Shown one piece after another: positions 52,506 through 64,000 of a stretch of 64,000 nucleotides of DNA. A program made the translations under genes and the position numbers. The DNA comes from Alphaproteobacteria bacterium. GTDB lineage: Bacteria; Pseudomonadota; Alphaproteobacteria; UBA828. Under the pieces are notes generated by a model. The model ran no database searches. It was not told the origin of the DNA and saw only the letters and a program-made list of their open reading frames with translations. Every line of letters starts with the position of its first letter. Within the stretch, counting starts at the first letter, position 1. The DNA lies in the NCBI GenBank assembly GCA_963422645.2, contig CAXXVO010000004.1, positions 544,001 to 608,000 of the forward strand, given 5' to 3'.

Positions 52506-53447
52506 TCATGCGGCGTCGACCCGGTGGTTCAGCGCCGCGACCGCCGGCTGCACCTCCTCGATCAGCCGGCGCGTCTGGTCGAGGATGTCGTCGTCATCGC
52601 CGCCGATCGGCCAGAGCACGAACTTCGACGCGCCGGCCGCGACGAAGGCCTCGATCCGCTGCATGATGTCGGCCGCATCGCCCGCGACGATGCCGCCCTT
52701 CGGATCGCGCTGGAAGCGCACCGCATAGGTCTCGGCCATCCGCTGCATCAAGGGCTCGTCCCAGCTGCCGAAGCGGAAGTGGAAGCTCGCGCCGTAATGG
52801 TCGGCATCGATACGCCGTCCAGTTTCCTTGAGCGCTTCCTTGATCCCGGCAATCGCGGGCGCCACCTGCGCCGGCGTCTCGAGCCCGGCTACCCAGCCGG
52901 TACCGATGCGCGCCGTGCGCCGGATCGCGGGCTTGCTGGAACCGCCGAGCCAGAGTGGCAGGTCCTTCTGCGCCGGCTTGGGCTCGATCCGCGCGCCTGA
53001 GTAGCGATAGAACTCGCCGTCGAAATCGACCGAGTCCTCCGTCCAGAGCCGGGCGATGAGCTCCAGCGCTTCGTCGGTGCGCCGGCCGCGGCACTTCGTG
53101 TCCGTGCCGGTCGCCGCCCAGTCCGGCGCCCGGATCGCGCCGATGCCGAAGGCCGGCAGCAGGCGCCCCTCGCTCAGCACGTCGATGGTGGCGCACTGCT
53201 TGGCGAGCAGCAGCGGGTCGCGCAGCCCGACCGAGGCCACATTCATGCCGAACTTGGTCCGCCTGGTCCGGCCGGCAAGCGCCGCCATCACGCTCATCAC
53301 CTCGAGGAAGGGTTCCTCCGAGACGAGGCGATCGGTCTGCCACAGCGAATCGACCCCGCCCTCTTCGCAGAGATCGACCCAGCGCCAGAAGGCGGCGGCG
53401 CCCGAGAAGGGGAACGCATTGAGCCCGAGTCCGACGGCGATCGACAG
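52506..53447 (-). CDS. LLM-class flavin-dependent oxidoreductase
   Basis: [35 protein letters not shown]; start uncertain (CTG 53447 after a strong SD). Confidence 0.87.
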   Translation of the reverse strand: MSIAVGLGLNAFPFSGAAAFWRWVDLCEEGGVDSLWQTDRLVSEEPFLEVMSVMAALAGRTRRTKFGMNVASVGLRDPLLLAKQCATIDVLSEGRLLPAFGIGAIRAPDWAATGTDTKCRGRRTDEALELIARLWTEDSVDFDGEFYRYSGARIEPKPAQKDLPLWLGGSSKPAIRRTARIGTGWVAGLETPAQVAPAIAGIKEALKETGRRIDADHYGASFHFRFGSWDEPLMQRMAETYAVRFQRDPKGGIVAGDAADIMQRIEAFVAAGASKFVLWPIGGDDDDILDQTRRLIEEVQPAVAALNHRVDAA

Positions 53448-53683
53448 CGTTGCCTCCCCTCGCAGGTGCCGCGCGCTCCGCCGGGACCGGCGGAACCGAG
53501 ACATTTCTACGCGCAGCCTCGGGCAGCGTCCAGGCGGTCATGGGCCGCCCCCCCAACACCGGCACACATACCCAGGTCCCGGCGTTGACAGGTTTTCGGG
53601 CCAGCCCTAGTGTGCCGCGCGCGCGGCGGGGTGTCTGCCGCAGCGCAACAATCGGCTCGTCACGTTGCCCTGCAGGGAAGCCC

Positions 53684-54436
53684 ATGAAGGTTCTGGTCGC
53701 GGTCAAGCGCACGATCGACCCCAACGTGAAGGTGCGGGTCAAGTCCGACCAGACCGGGGTCGAGACCGCGAACGTGAAGATGGCGATGAACCCCTTCTGC
53801 GAGATCGCCGTCGAAGAAGCCATCCGGATGAAGGAAGCCGGCAACGCCGACGAGGTGATTGCGGTTTCCGCCGGCGCCGACAAGGCGCAGGAGACCTTGC
53901 GCACGGCGCTCGCCATGGGCGCGGACCGCGCCGTCCACATCGTGACCGAGGCTGACCTGCAGCCGCTCGCCGTGGCGCGACTGCTGAAGGTGATCGCGGA
54001 CGAAGAGCAGCCCGGCCTCGTCATTTTGGGCAAGCAGGCCATCGACGACGACAGCAACCAGACCGGCCAGATGCTGGCGGCGTTGCTCGGCTGGCCGCAG
54101 GCGACCTTTGCCTCCGAGATCATGTTCAAGGACGGGACAGCGGACGTGACCCGCGAGATCGACGGCGGGCTCGAGACCCTCAACGTCAATCTGCCGGCGG
54201 TGGTCACCACCGATCTCAGGCTCAACGAGCCGCGCTATGCCTCGCTCCCCAACATCATGAAGGCCAAGAAGAAGCCTATCGACAAGCGGGAGGCGGAGGC
54301 GCTCGGCGTGGATATCAGCCCCAGGCTCGCGATCCACAAGGTGGAGGAGCCGCCCAGGCGCGAGGCGGGGATCAAGGTGGCGGACATCGCAGAGCTCGTC
54401 GCGAAGCTCCGCGATGACGCCAAGGTGATCGGGTGA
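53684..54436 (+). CDS. etfB: Electron transfer flavoprotein beta
   Basis: [45 protein letters not shown]. Confidence 0.96.
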   Translation: MKVLVAVKRTIDPNVKVRVKSDQTGVETANVKMAMNPFCEIAVEEAIRMKEAGNADEVIAVSAGADKAQETLRTALAMGADRAVHIVTEADLQPLAVARLLKVIADEEQPGLVILGKQAIDDDSNQTGQMLAALLGWPQATFASEIMFKDGTADVTREIDGGLETLNVNLPAVVTTDLRLNEPRYASLPNIMKAKKKPIDKREAEALGVDISPRLAIHKVEEPPRREAGIKVADIAELVAKLRDDAKVIG

Positions 54437-54446
54437 GGGCAACCTT

Positions 54447-55400
54447 ATGAGCATTCTGGTCCTTGCCGAGCACGACAACGCCGAGCTGAAGCGGCCGAGC
54501 CTCAATGCGGTCACGGCCGCCTGCGCGCTGGGCGGAGAGGTCCACATGCTGGTCGCGGGCTCCGGCGCCGGGCCGGTGGCCGAGGCCGCGGCGCAGGCCG
54601 TCGGCGTCGACAAGGTCCTGCACGCGGACGATCCGGCCTACGAGCACGGCATCGCCGAAAACCTGGCGCCGCTGCTGGTCGGCCTTGCCGAGGGCTACAG
54701 CCATCTGATCGCGTCGGCCACAACCTTCGGCAAGAACGTCATGCCGCGGGTCGCGGCCCTGCTCGACGTGGCCCAGGTCTCCGACATCATCGAAATCGTG
54801 TCCGAGAGCGTCTTCGTGCGCCCGACCTATGCGGGCAACGCGCTTGCCACGGTGGAAAGCGGCGATTCCACGAAGGTGGTGACGGTGCGCACCACGGCGT
54901 TCGACGCGGCGCCTGCCGAAGGCGGCAGCGCCGCGGTCGAGGCGGTCTCGGGCGCGGGCGACCAGGGGCTGGTCCGCTTCGTCCGCCACGAGCTGAGCAA
55001 GTCTGACCGGCCGGAGCTCACCAGTGCGGGCATCGTGATCTCGGGCGGGCGCGGGATGCAAAGCGGCGAGAACTTCCCGCTGATCGAGGCGGTGGCGGAC
55101 CGGCTGGGCGCCGCCGTCGGCGCCTCGCGAGCCGCAGTAGACGCCGGCTACGTGCCCAACGACTTCCAGGTCGGGCAGACCGGCAAGGTGGTGGCGCCCG
55201 ATCTCTACATCGCGGTGGGCATCTCTGGCGCGATTCAGCATCTCGCCGGGATGAAGGACAGCCGCGTGATCTGCGCCATCAACAAGGACGAGGAAGCGCC
55301 GATCTTCCAGATCGCCGACTTCGGCCTCGTGGCCGATCTGTTCAAGGCTCTGCCGGCACTCGCCGAAGAGCTCGACCGCCAAGGTATCTCCAAGGTCTGA
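54447..55400 (+). CDS. etfA: Electron transfer flavoprotein alpha
   Basis: RPTYAGN, SGGRG, QVGQTGK, GISGAIQHLAGM. Confidence 0.96.
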   Translation: MSILVLAEHDNAELKRPSLNAVTAACALGGEVHMLVAGSGAGPVAEAAAQAVGVDKVLHADDPAYEHGIAENLAPLLVGLAEGYSHLIASATTFGKNVMPRVAALLDVAQVSDIIEIVSESVFVRPTYAGNALATVESGDSTKVVTVRTTAFDAAPAEGGSAAVEAVSGAGDQGLVRFVRHELSKSDRPELTSAGIVISGGRGMQSGENFPLIEAVADRLGAAVGASRAAVDAGYVPNDFQVGQTGKVVAPDLYIAVGISGAIQHLAGMKDSRVICAINKDEEAPIFQIADFGLVADLFKALPALAEELDRQGISKV

Positions 55401-55409
55401 CCCGCGAAC

Positions 55410-56282
55410 ATGGTGCAATCGATCGGGATCATCGGAGCAGGCCATATGGGCAGCGGCATCGCCCATGTCGCTGCGCTCGCGGGCTTCGACGTGACGCTGA
55501 GCGATCTCGGGCAGGCCGAGCTCGACAGGGCGCTCGAGACCATCAGCACCAACCTCGGGCGTCAGGCGCGAAAAGGCTTGATCGCCGACGAGCAGCCGGC
55601 GGCAGCGCTTGAGCGGATCTCGACCGGCGTCGGCCTCGACGCCATCAAGGGCGTCGACATGGTGATCGAGGCCGTCGTCGAGGACGAGGCGGTCAAGAAG
55701 GAGATCTTCGTCGCGCTGCGCGGCGCGTTGCCGGAGCACACCATCATCTGCACCAACAGCTCGACATTGCCAGTCACCCGCCTGGCGGCGAGCACCGACC
55801 GACCCGGCAAGTTCATGGGCATGCACTTCATGAACCCGGCGCCGATGATGGAGCTGGTCGAGCTGGTGCGCGGTATCGCGACCGAGGAAGAGACCTACGA
55901 GATTGCGCGTAAGGTGACCGAGCGCATGGGCAAGACCTCGGCGATGGCCGAGGACTTCCCGGCCTTCATCGTGAACCGCATCCTTATGCCGATGGTCAAC
56001 GAGGCGATCTACGCGCTCTACGAGGGCGTAGGCAACGTGAAGGCGATCGACACGGCGATGAAGCTCGGCGCGCACCATCGGATGGGGCCGCTGGAGCTCG
56101 CCGACTTCATCGGCCTCGACACCTGCCACTCGATCATGCAGACGCTCTACGAGGGCCTGGCCGACAGCAAGTACCGGCCCTGCCCGCTGCTCGCCAAGTA
56201 CGTCGAGGCCGGCTGGCTGGGCCGCAAGACCGGCAAGGGATTCTACGACTACTCCACGGGCACGCCGGTCCCGACCCGCTAA
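55410..56282 (+). CDS. hbd: 3-hydroxybutyryl-CoA dehydrogenase
   Basis: GAGHMGSGIA, GMHFMNP, FIVNRIL, GRKTGKGFY. Confidence 0.92.
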   Translation: MVQSIGIIGAGHMGSGIAHVAALAGFDVTLSDLGQAELDRALETISTNLGRQARKGLIADEQPAAALERISTGVGLDAIKGVDMVIEAVVEDEAVKKEIFVALRGALPEHTIICTNSSTLPVTRLAASTDRPGKFMGMHFMNPAPMMELVELVRGIATEEETYEIARKVTERMGKTSAMAEDFPAFIVNRILMPMVNEAIYALYEGVGNVKAIDTAMKLGAHHRMGPLELADFIGLDTCHSIMQTLYEGLADSKYRPCPLLAKYVEAGWLGRKTGKGFYDYSTGTPVPTR

Positions 56283-56284
56283 AA

Positions 56285-56307
56285 CGTTTCCGTTCAATAC
56301 GGAAACG
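56285..56307. terminator. Hairpin between convergent hbd and rlmH
   Basis: cgtttccgt-tcaat-acggaaacg, a perfect 9-bp stem. Confidence 0.55.
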
Positions 56308-56424
56308 CTTCAGCCATTTATCGCTCACGGCAGCCGGCCTCCGGCCGGCGCCTCCGCGAGGGCGCCGCATAAGCGGTGGGCCGCGGTCGCGGCCTGTCGC
56401 GAGCCCGCCAAAGACGGACTCGCT

Positions 56425-56880
56425 CTAGGCGCCGCGATGATAAGGGTGGCCGGAGAGGATGCTCGCCGTACGCCACAACTGCTCCGCCAGCATCGCGCGC
56501 ACAAGCAGGTGCGGCCAGGTCATCGGCCCGAGGGAGAGAGCCATGTCGGCACGGGCGAGAACGGGGGCCCCGTGCCCGTCCGCCCCGCCGATCAGGAATG
56601 CCACGACGGCCGTGCCGTTGTCGCGGACGGAAGCCAGTCGCGCCGCGAATTCTTCGCTGGTGAGCGCCTTTCCGGCGCCGTCCAGAGCGACGACATAGGC
56701 GTCCGTCGGCAATCCCTTAAGCAGCGCCGCCGCCTCGCGCTCGCGCCCGACCTCGCCTCCGCCGCCGACCCGGACCTCGCGCAACTCAATTGGCCACGGC
56801 AAGCGCTTGCGGTAATTCTCGAAGATCTGTTGCGCCGGGTCGCCCCGGCCGCGGCCTACTGCCGCCACGACGAGGCGCAT
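56425..56880 (-). CDS. rlmH: 23S rRNA pseudouridine-1915 N3-methyltransferase
   Basis: MRLVVAAVGR, FLIGGADG, TWPHLLVRAMLAEQL, GHPYHR. Confidence 0.95.
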   Translation of the reverse strand: MRLVVAAVGRGRGDPAQQIFENYRKRLPWPIELREVRVGGGGEVGREREAAALLKGLPTDAYVVALDGAGKALTSEEFAARLASVRDNGTAVVAFLIGGADGHGAPVLARADMALSLGPMTWPHLLVRAMLAEQLWRTASILSGHPYHRGA

Positions 56881-56910
56881 CGGCGGCTGGCGCTCCTTTC
56901 CTCCTGCTAG

Positions 56911-58530
56911 GAGTGTGCGCCGCAGGAATCGCGGATCGCAAGGGATTGCTTTCCTGCGAAGCGACTGTGTGATCTGATAAGGCATCGCGTAGCGAGGACG
57001 GGTTGGATGTCGACGACGTATCGTCCCTATCAGCCGGACCAGTTGCTGTTGCTGGCGCCGGACCTTCGGGAGTGGCTCCCGGCGGGTCACTTGGCGCATC
57101 ACGTGAGCGATTTGGTGGATTCTCTGGAGTTGAGCGCGTTGTACGCGCCGTATGAGGGTGACGGTCGGCGCAATTCCCCGTACGAGCCCTCGATGATGGT
57201 CAAGGTGTTGATTTACGCCTATGCGACGGGGGTGTTTTCCTCGCGCGCGATTGCGAGAAAGATCGAGGAGGACGTGGCGTTTCGGGTGCTGGGGGCGGGG
57301 AACTTCCCGCAGCACCGCACGATTTGTGAATTTCGCCGTCGTCATCTCGAAGACTTCGAGCGGATGTTCGTCGAGGTGGTGCGGGTGGCGCGCGAGATGG
57401 GGGTGGTGCGGTTTGGGACGCTGTCGGTCGATGGGACGAAGGTGCGGGCGAACGCGAGCAAGCGCAAGGCGATGAGCTATGGGCGGATGTTGACCGAGGA
57501 GTCTCGGCTGAAGGAGGAGATTCAACGGCTGCTGGACCGAGCGGGCGCGGTCGATGCCGAAGAGGATGAACGCTACGGTGATGAGGTGCGCGGTGATGAG
57601 TTGCCCGCGGAGCTCGAACGGCGCGAGAAACGCCTGGCGGCGATTCAGGAGGCGAAGGCGCGGCTGGAAGCGGCGCAACGTGAGGCCGATGACGCGCGCG
57701 GGCGCGAGCCCGGCCAGGACCGCAATCGCAAAGGAGGCCGGCCGTACAAGCGCGCCTACGGTGAGCCCGACCCCGGTGCGCAGAGCAACTTCACCGACCC
57801 CGAGAGCCAGATCATGAACACCTCCACCGAGGGGTTCCAGCAGTGCTACAACGCCCAGACGGTGGTCGACGAGACGCATCAACTCATTGTCGCCACCGAT
57901 GTCGATGCGAACGCCAGCGACCAGGGCCAGTTGCTCCCATTGCTCGATGGGGTGAGCGAGACCTTCGATGTCGAGCCCGAGGTGGTGTTGGCCGACGCGG
58001 GCTACTGCAACGAGGCGGACTTGGTGGCGTTGGAGCAGTGCGGCATCGATGCTCATGTCGCGCTGGGGCGCGAGGGCAAGGCACGAGTGGCGGTGGACCC
58101 CGAGACGCGTCCGGCCACCCACCGCATGGGCGAGAAGCTGGCCAGTAAGACGGGCCGGGCTCAATACGCCAAGCGCAAGTGGTTGTCCGAGGCACCGAAC
58201 GGCTGGATCAAAGAGGTGCTGGGGTTCCGGCGGTTCAGCGTTCGGGGTGCGCACCAAGTCCGAGGTGAATGGCATCTGGTGTGCCTGGCATTGAACATCA
58301 AGCGCATGGCGGGGCTGGCGGCATGTTGACGCAACCAATGGCGCTTCGCGGTGTCGACTGGCGGGGGTCGTTCGCCCCCGCAACGCGCTCTCTACGCCTT
58401 CGAGCGTTCCCGGCGCAGTTCCTCGGCTCCGGACCATGAAAAACCCCAATCACCGCGTTCGGTCAATCGGCCGACGTCACTACGGCCAAACGCCGTTTGC
58501 CCGACGCGAAAACTCCTGCGGCGCACGCTC
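56911..58530 (+). mobile_element. IS1182-family element
   Basis: 17-bp IRs gagtgtgcgccgcagga / tcctgcggcgcacgctc (16/17); CTAG duplicated at 56907-56910 and 58531-58534. Confidence 0.92.
57007..58329 (+). CDS. IS1182 transposase
   Basis: DQLLLLAPDLREWLP, VDGTKVRANAS, NFTDPES, ADAGY, RKWLSEAPNGWIK. Confidence 0.94.
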   Translation: MSTTYRPYQPDQLLLLAPDLREWLPAGHLAHHVSDLVDSLELSALYAPYEGDGRRNSPYEPSMMVKVLIYAYATGVFSSRAIARKIEEDVAFRVLGAGNFPQHRTICEFRRRHLEDFERMFVEVVRVAREMGVVRFGTLSVDGTKVRANASKRKAMSYGRMLTEESRLKEEIQRLLDRAGAVDAEEDERYGDEVRGDELPAELERREKRLAAIQEAKARLEAAQREADDARGREPGQDRNRKGGRPYKRAYGEPDPGAQSNFTDPESQIMNTSTEGFQQCYNAQTVVDETHQLIVATDVDANASDQGQLLPLLDGVSETFDVEPEVVLADAGYCNEADLVALEQCGIDAHVALGREGKARVAVDPETRPATHRMGEKLASKTGRAQYAKRKWLSEAPNGWIKEVLGFRRFSVRGAHQVRGEWHLVCLALNIKRMAGLAAC

Positions 58531-58555
58531 CTAGGCGGCACTCGGCTCCGCGCCG

Positions 58556-58993
58556 CTAGTCCTCGTCGGTAAACGCCGGCTCATCGGCCGCGCCGATGGA
58601 TTCGACGGACCACATCTTCTCGAGGTTGTAGAGGGCGCGGACTTCGGGCCGGAAGACGTGCACGATGATGTCGCCGGCATCGATCAGCACCCAGTCCGAG
58701 TTTTCGCGGCCCTCCGCCGCGAGCGCGGGCGTGCCGTCGTCCTTGAGCTGTTTCAGGAGCCGTGCCGCCACCGCACCGACATGGCGCTTCGACCGTCCGC
58801 TGGCGATAACCATGAAGTCGGCGATCGTGGTCTTGCCGTCGAGGTCGATGGTGACGATGTCCTCCGCCTTGGCGTCTGCAAGAGCGCCGGCGACGAAGCG
58901 CTGAAGCGCCTCAGCGCCGGCTTTGCCCGATTCCCGGCGACTGGGCCTAACAGGTTGATTCGGTGCTTCTATGGTGTTCCTCCAGCCTCCCAT
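58556..58993 (-). CDS. rsfS: Ribosome silencing factor (start uncertain)
   Basis: KAEDI, ADFMVIASG, WVLIDAGDIIVHVF, YNLEKMW. Confidence 0.95.
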   Translation of the reverse strand: MGGWRNTIEAPNQPVRPSRRESGKAGAEALQRFVAGALADAKAEDIVTIDLDGKTTIADFMVIASGRSKRHVGAVAARLLKQLKDDGTPALAAEGRENSDWVLIDAGDIIVHVFRPEVRALYNLEKMWSVESIGAADEPAFTDED

Positions 58994-59628
58994 TGTCGGT
59001 CCGGTGCACCGGTCGCGGCGCGCAACGCAGTCGCCGACGCGGGGTGCAGCGGTCCATGGATTACCATCCAGGCGGGCGGCTTGCTGCGCACGAGCCCTGG
59101 CGCTCGGCGTTCCGCCAATCTTTGGCGTGCAAATCGTTTCGCAGGCTTAACCACACTAGCGTAGCGAGAGTAAGGCCAGCGGTCGATGACCGCAACGGGT
59201 AGTGCCTGGAAGAGCGCGGGCCAGCGCCGCCACGCCGCGAGCGTCGGCAGGTTGTCGGCGCCGACGATCCAGACCAGCCGGTGCCGCGGAAAGCGCCGTT
59301 TGAGCCGGGCGACCGTGTCCACCGAGTAGCAGCTGCCGAGGCGGCGCTCGATATCGCTTACCCGGAGACGTCGGTCCCCCGCCGCTGTCCTCGCGGCGGC
59401 GAAGCGCTCGTCAAACGCCGCCATCCCGGCGCGGGGCTTGAGCGGGTTCTGGGGCGAGACCAGCCACCAGATCTCGTGCAGGCCCAGGCGCTTGAGCGCC
59501 AGCAGGCTGATGTGGCGGTGGCCCTCATGGGCCGGATTGAAGGAGCCGCCGATCAGGCCGATTTTGCGCCCCGGCGGACGGGCGCGCGGAGCGCCGCCCG
59601 GCACAGGCCGCGACCGCCGCCGGCGCAT
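58969..59628 (-). CDS. nadD: Nicotinate-nucleotide adenylyltransferase
   Basis: GGSFNPAHEGH, WLVSPQNPLK, GADNL, SATALR. Confidence 0.94.
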   Translation of the reverse strand: MRRRRSRPVPGGAPRARPPGRKIGLIGGSFNPAHEGHRHISLLALKRLGLHEIWWLVSPQNPLKPRAGMAAFDERFAAARTAAGDRRLRVSDIERRLGSCYSVDTVARLKRRFPRHRLVWIVGADNLPTLAAWRRWPALFQALPVAVIDRWPYSRYASVVKPAKRFARQRLAERRAPGLVRSKPPAWMVIHGPLHPASATALRAATGAPDRQWEAGGTP

Positions 59629-59642
59629 GGGCACGAGCGCGG

Positions 59643-60931
59643 TCAGGGGCGAACCTGCCCGTTGCCGTAGACCTTGTACTTGTAGGTGGTGAGCTGCTCG
59701 ACGCCCACCGGCCCACGGGCGTGCAGTTTGCCGGTGGAGATGCCGATCTCGGCCCCCATGCCGAACTCGCCGCCGTCGGCGAACTGGGTGGAGGCGTTGT
59801 GCAGAACGATCCCGCTGTCGACGCCTTCCATGAAGCGTTCGGCGGCGGCGGCGTCCTCGGTAATGATGCTGTCGGTATGGTGGGAGCCATGCTCGTTGAC
59901 GTGGGAAATCGCCGCGTCGAGCCCATCCACCACGCCGACCGAGATGATCGCGTCGAGATATTCGGTTCCCCAATCGGCGTCGGCCACCGGCACCACGCGC
60001 GAGTCCATCGCCTGCACGCGGGCATCGCCGCGCACCTCGCAGCCGGCCTCGAACAGCGGCTCGAGGATCTCGGGCAGCGTCTCCGCCGCAGCGGCATCGA
60101 CCAACAACGTCTCCGCCGCGCCGCAGATACCGGTCCGCCGCATCTTGGCGTTGAAGGTCACGTCGCGAGCCTTCTCGGGATCGGCGGCCGCATGCACGTA
60201 GACGTGGCAGTTGCCGTCCAGGTGGGCCATCACCGGCACCCGGCTCTCCGCGAGCACCCGCTCGATCAGCGAGCGGCCGCCGCGCGGCACGATCAGGTCG
60301 AGCGCATCGTCCATGCCGAGCAGAATGCCGACCGCAGCCCGGTCGGTCGTCGGCACCAGCTGGATGCACCCCGCCGGCAGCCCGGTCTCGGCGAGCGCCG
60401 CGCGCAGCACCGATGCAATGGCACGCGAGGAGTGCCAGCTCTCGGAGCCGCCGCGCAGGATCGCCGCATTCCCCGACATGAGGCAAAGCGCGCCGGCATC
60501 GACGGTCACGTTGGGCCGCGATTCGTAGATGATCCCGATGACGCCGATCGGCACCGACACCCGGCGAATGCGAAGCCCGTTGGGCCGCTCCCACTCACCC
60601 AGAAGGCGGCCAAGCGGGTCGTCGAGGGCGGCCACTTGCTCGACACCAACCGCCATCGCCTCGACCCGGCCGGGATCAAGGGCAAGGCGGTCGAGAAGCG
60701 CGCTGCTCAGGCCGGACGCCTCAGCGGCCGCCATGTCCCTGCCGTTCGCCTCCAGGATTGCAGCCTCGTCGCAGCGGATCGCCGCGGCGGCTGCCTCGAG
60801 CGCACGTCGCCTGGCCTCGGCCGAGCTTGCCGCGAGCATCCGCGCCGCCGCGCGCGCCTCGGCGCCGAGCGCGGCCATCTCGGCGGCGATGTCCTGTTCC
60901 GTCTCGCGGCTCCGCGCCGCCTCGGCCATGC

Positions 60932-60935
<4 letters not shown>
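59643..60935 (-). CDS. proA: Gamma-glutamyl phosphate reductase
   Basis: [47 protein letters not shown]. Confidence 0.97.
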
Positions 60936-63126
<2,191 letters not shown>

Positions 63127-63384
63127 TTACGCGCTCGGCTCGACCGAGACGACCGTCTTGCCGCCGCTGCGCCGCGCGAACTTCACATGGCCGCCAGAAA
63201 GCGCAAAGAGCGTGTGATCGCGCCCGATCCCGACGTTCTCACCGGGGTGCCACTTGGTGCCCCGCTGGCGCGCGATGATGTTGCCAGGGATCACCGTCTC
63301 GCCGCCGTACTTCTTGATGCCGAGGCGTCTGCCCGCCGTGTCCCGGCCGTTTCGCGAACTGCCGCCTGCCTTCTTGTGCGCCAT
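63127..63384 (-). CDS. rpmA: 50S ribosomal protein L27
   Basis: [25 protein letters not shown]. Confidence 0.98.
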   Translation of the reverse strand: MAHKKAGGSSRNGRDTAGRRLGIKKYGGETVIPGNIIARQRGTKWHPGENVGIGRDHTLFALSGGHVKFARRSGGKTVVSVEPSA

Positions 63385-64000
63385 CAGCTCTTCTCCTCCG
63401 CCGGCTCGTCCGCAGCAGACTCCGCAGTCTCCTCGGCCGGCGTGTCGGTCGTCTCGTCTGCCGGGGACTTGGCCGCCTCGGCTGCCGCATCGGCCGTCTC
63501 ATCCGAAGGCGGAGCGGCGGCCTCTTCTACCGGCGCCTCGGCCGGCTCCGGGGTTGCCGTCTCGGCGGGCGCGGGTGCGGTCTCCTCGGCCGTCTCGACC
63601 TTGGCGGCCGGCTTCTTCCGGGTCTTCGGCTTGGCAGCGGTCTTCGCTTTCGTCGACCTCTTGGCCTTGGTGCCGGCTGCCTCTTCGCCTTCCGCCGTCG
63701 CGGCCTTCTTCTTCCGGCGTGCGCGCCGCTTCTGGCCCGCCGCCAGAATCTCGTCGATGCGAAGCACGGTGAGCTCCTGCCGGTGCCCGCGTTTGCGCCG
63801 ATGGTTCTTCCGCCGCTTCTTGCGGAAAATGATGATCTTTTCGCCGCGCGTGTGCTCGACGACCGTGGCCGCTACGCGCGCGCCCTCGACCAGCGGCTGC
63901 CCGAGAGAGACGGTCTCGCCGTCGCTCATCGCCAGCACTTCGCCGAGCTCGATCGCCTCACCGGCCTCGGCCTTGAGCCGTTCCACCCGGATAACGTCCT
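63384..64000 (-). CDS. rplU: 50S ribosomal protein L21 with long C-terminal extension (5' end outside window)
   Basis: [25 protein letters not shown]; upstream of rpmA. Confidence 0.95.
   Translation of the reverse strand, partial: DVIRVERLKAEAGEAIELGEVLAMSDGETVSLGQPLVEGARVAATVVEHTRGEKIIIFRKKRRKNHRRKRGHRQELTVLRIDEILAAGQKRRARRKKKAATAEGEEAAGTKAKRSTKAKTAAKPKTRKKPAAKVETAEETAPAPAETATPEPAEAPVEEAAAPPSDETADAAAEAAKSPADETTDTPAEETAESAADEPAEEKS

Noticed and set aside
56425-58449. Apparent 674-aa RlmH fusion
   Set aside because: Antisense frame of the IS1182 transposase running into rlmH, which has its own SD and ATG at 56880.
58969-60594. Apparent 541-aa NadD fusion
   Set aside because: The extension is an alternative frame overlapping proA.

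Overview
GC-rich alphaproteobacterial chromosome segment, judged from the conserved rplU-rpmA-obgE-proB-proA-nadD-rsfS-rlmH block at the right end and from etfBA-hbd and pccBA. The left ~37 kb is an accessory region heavy in mobile elements, interleaved with nitrogen-compound catabolic genes (hydantoinase B/A, an IPNS-type 2OG-Fe(II) oxygenase, a Liv-type ABC transporter, an FAD amine oxidase, creatinase). Mobile elements: a decayed and an intact IS21, a truncated three-gene Mu-like element (Zn/HTH protein, DDE integrase, ATPase stub), an IS110 with a structured 5' non-coding region containing target- and donor-matching segments (candidate bridge RNA), two near-identical copies of an unclassified 2.5-kb IS nested in IS66 remnants, and an IS1182 between rsfS and rlmH. 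The most unusual item is a complete IS66 (34056-36563; 19-bp IRs, 8-bp TSD) with no tnpA/tnpB that instead carries a small Dam-like adenine methyltransferase coupled to the transposase gene. The right half holds sugar and putrescine ABC transporters, puuA/puuB-like genes and a frameshifted TPR-2OG-oxygenase fusion. I saw no rRNA, tRNA or CRISPR array. All calls come from reading motifs by eye; no database searches were run. Several frameshifts lie in GC repeats and may be sequencing errors.
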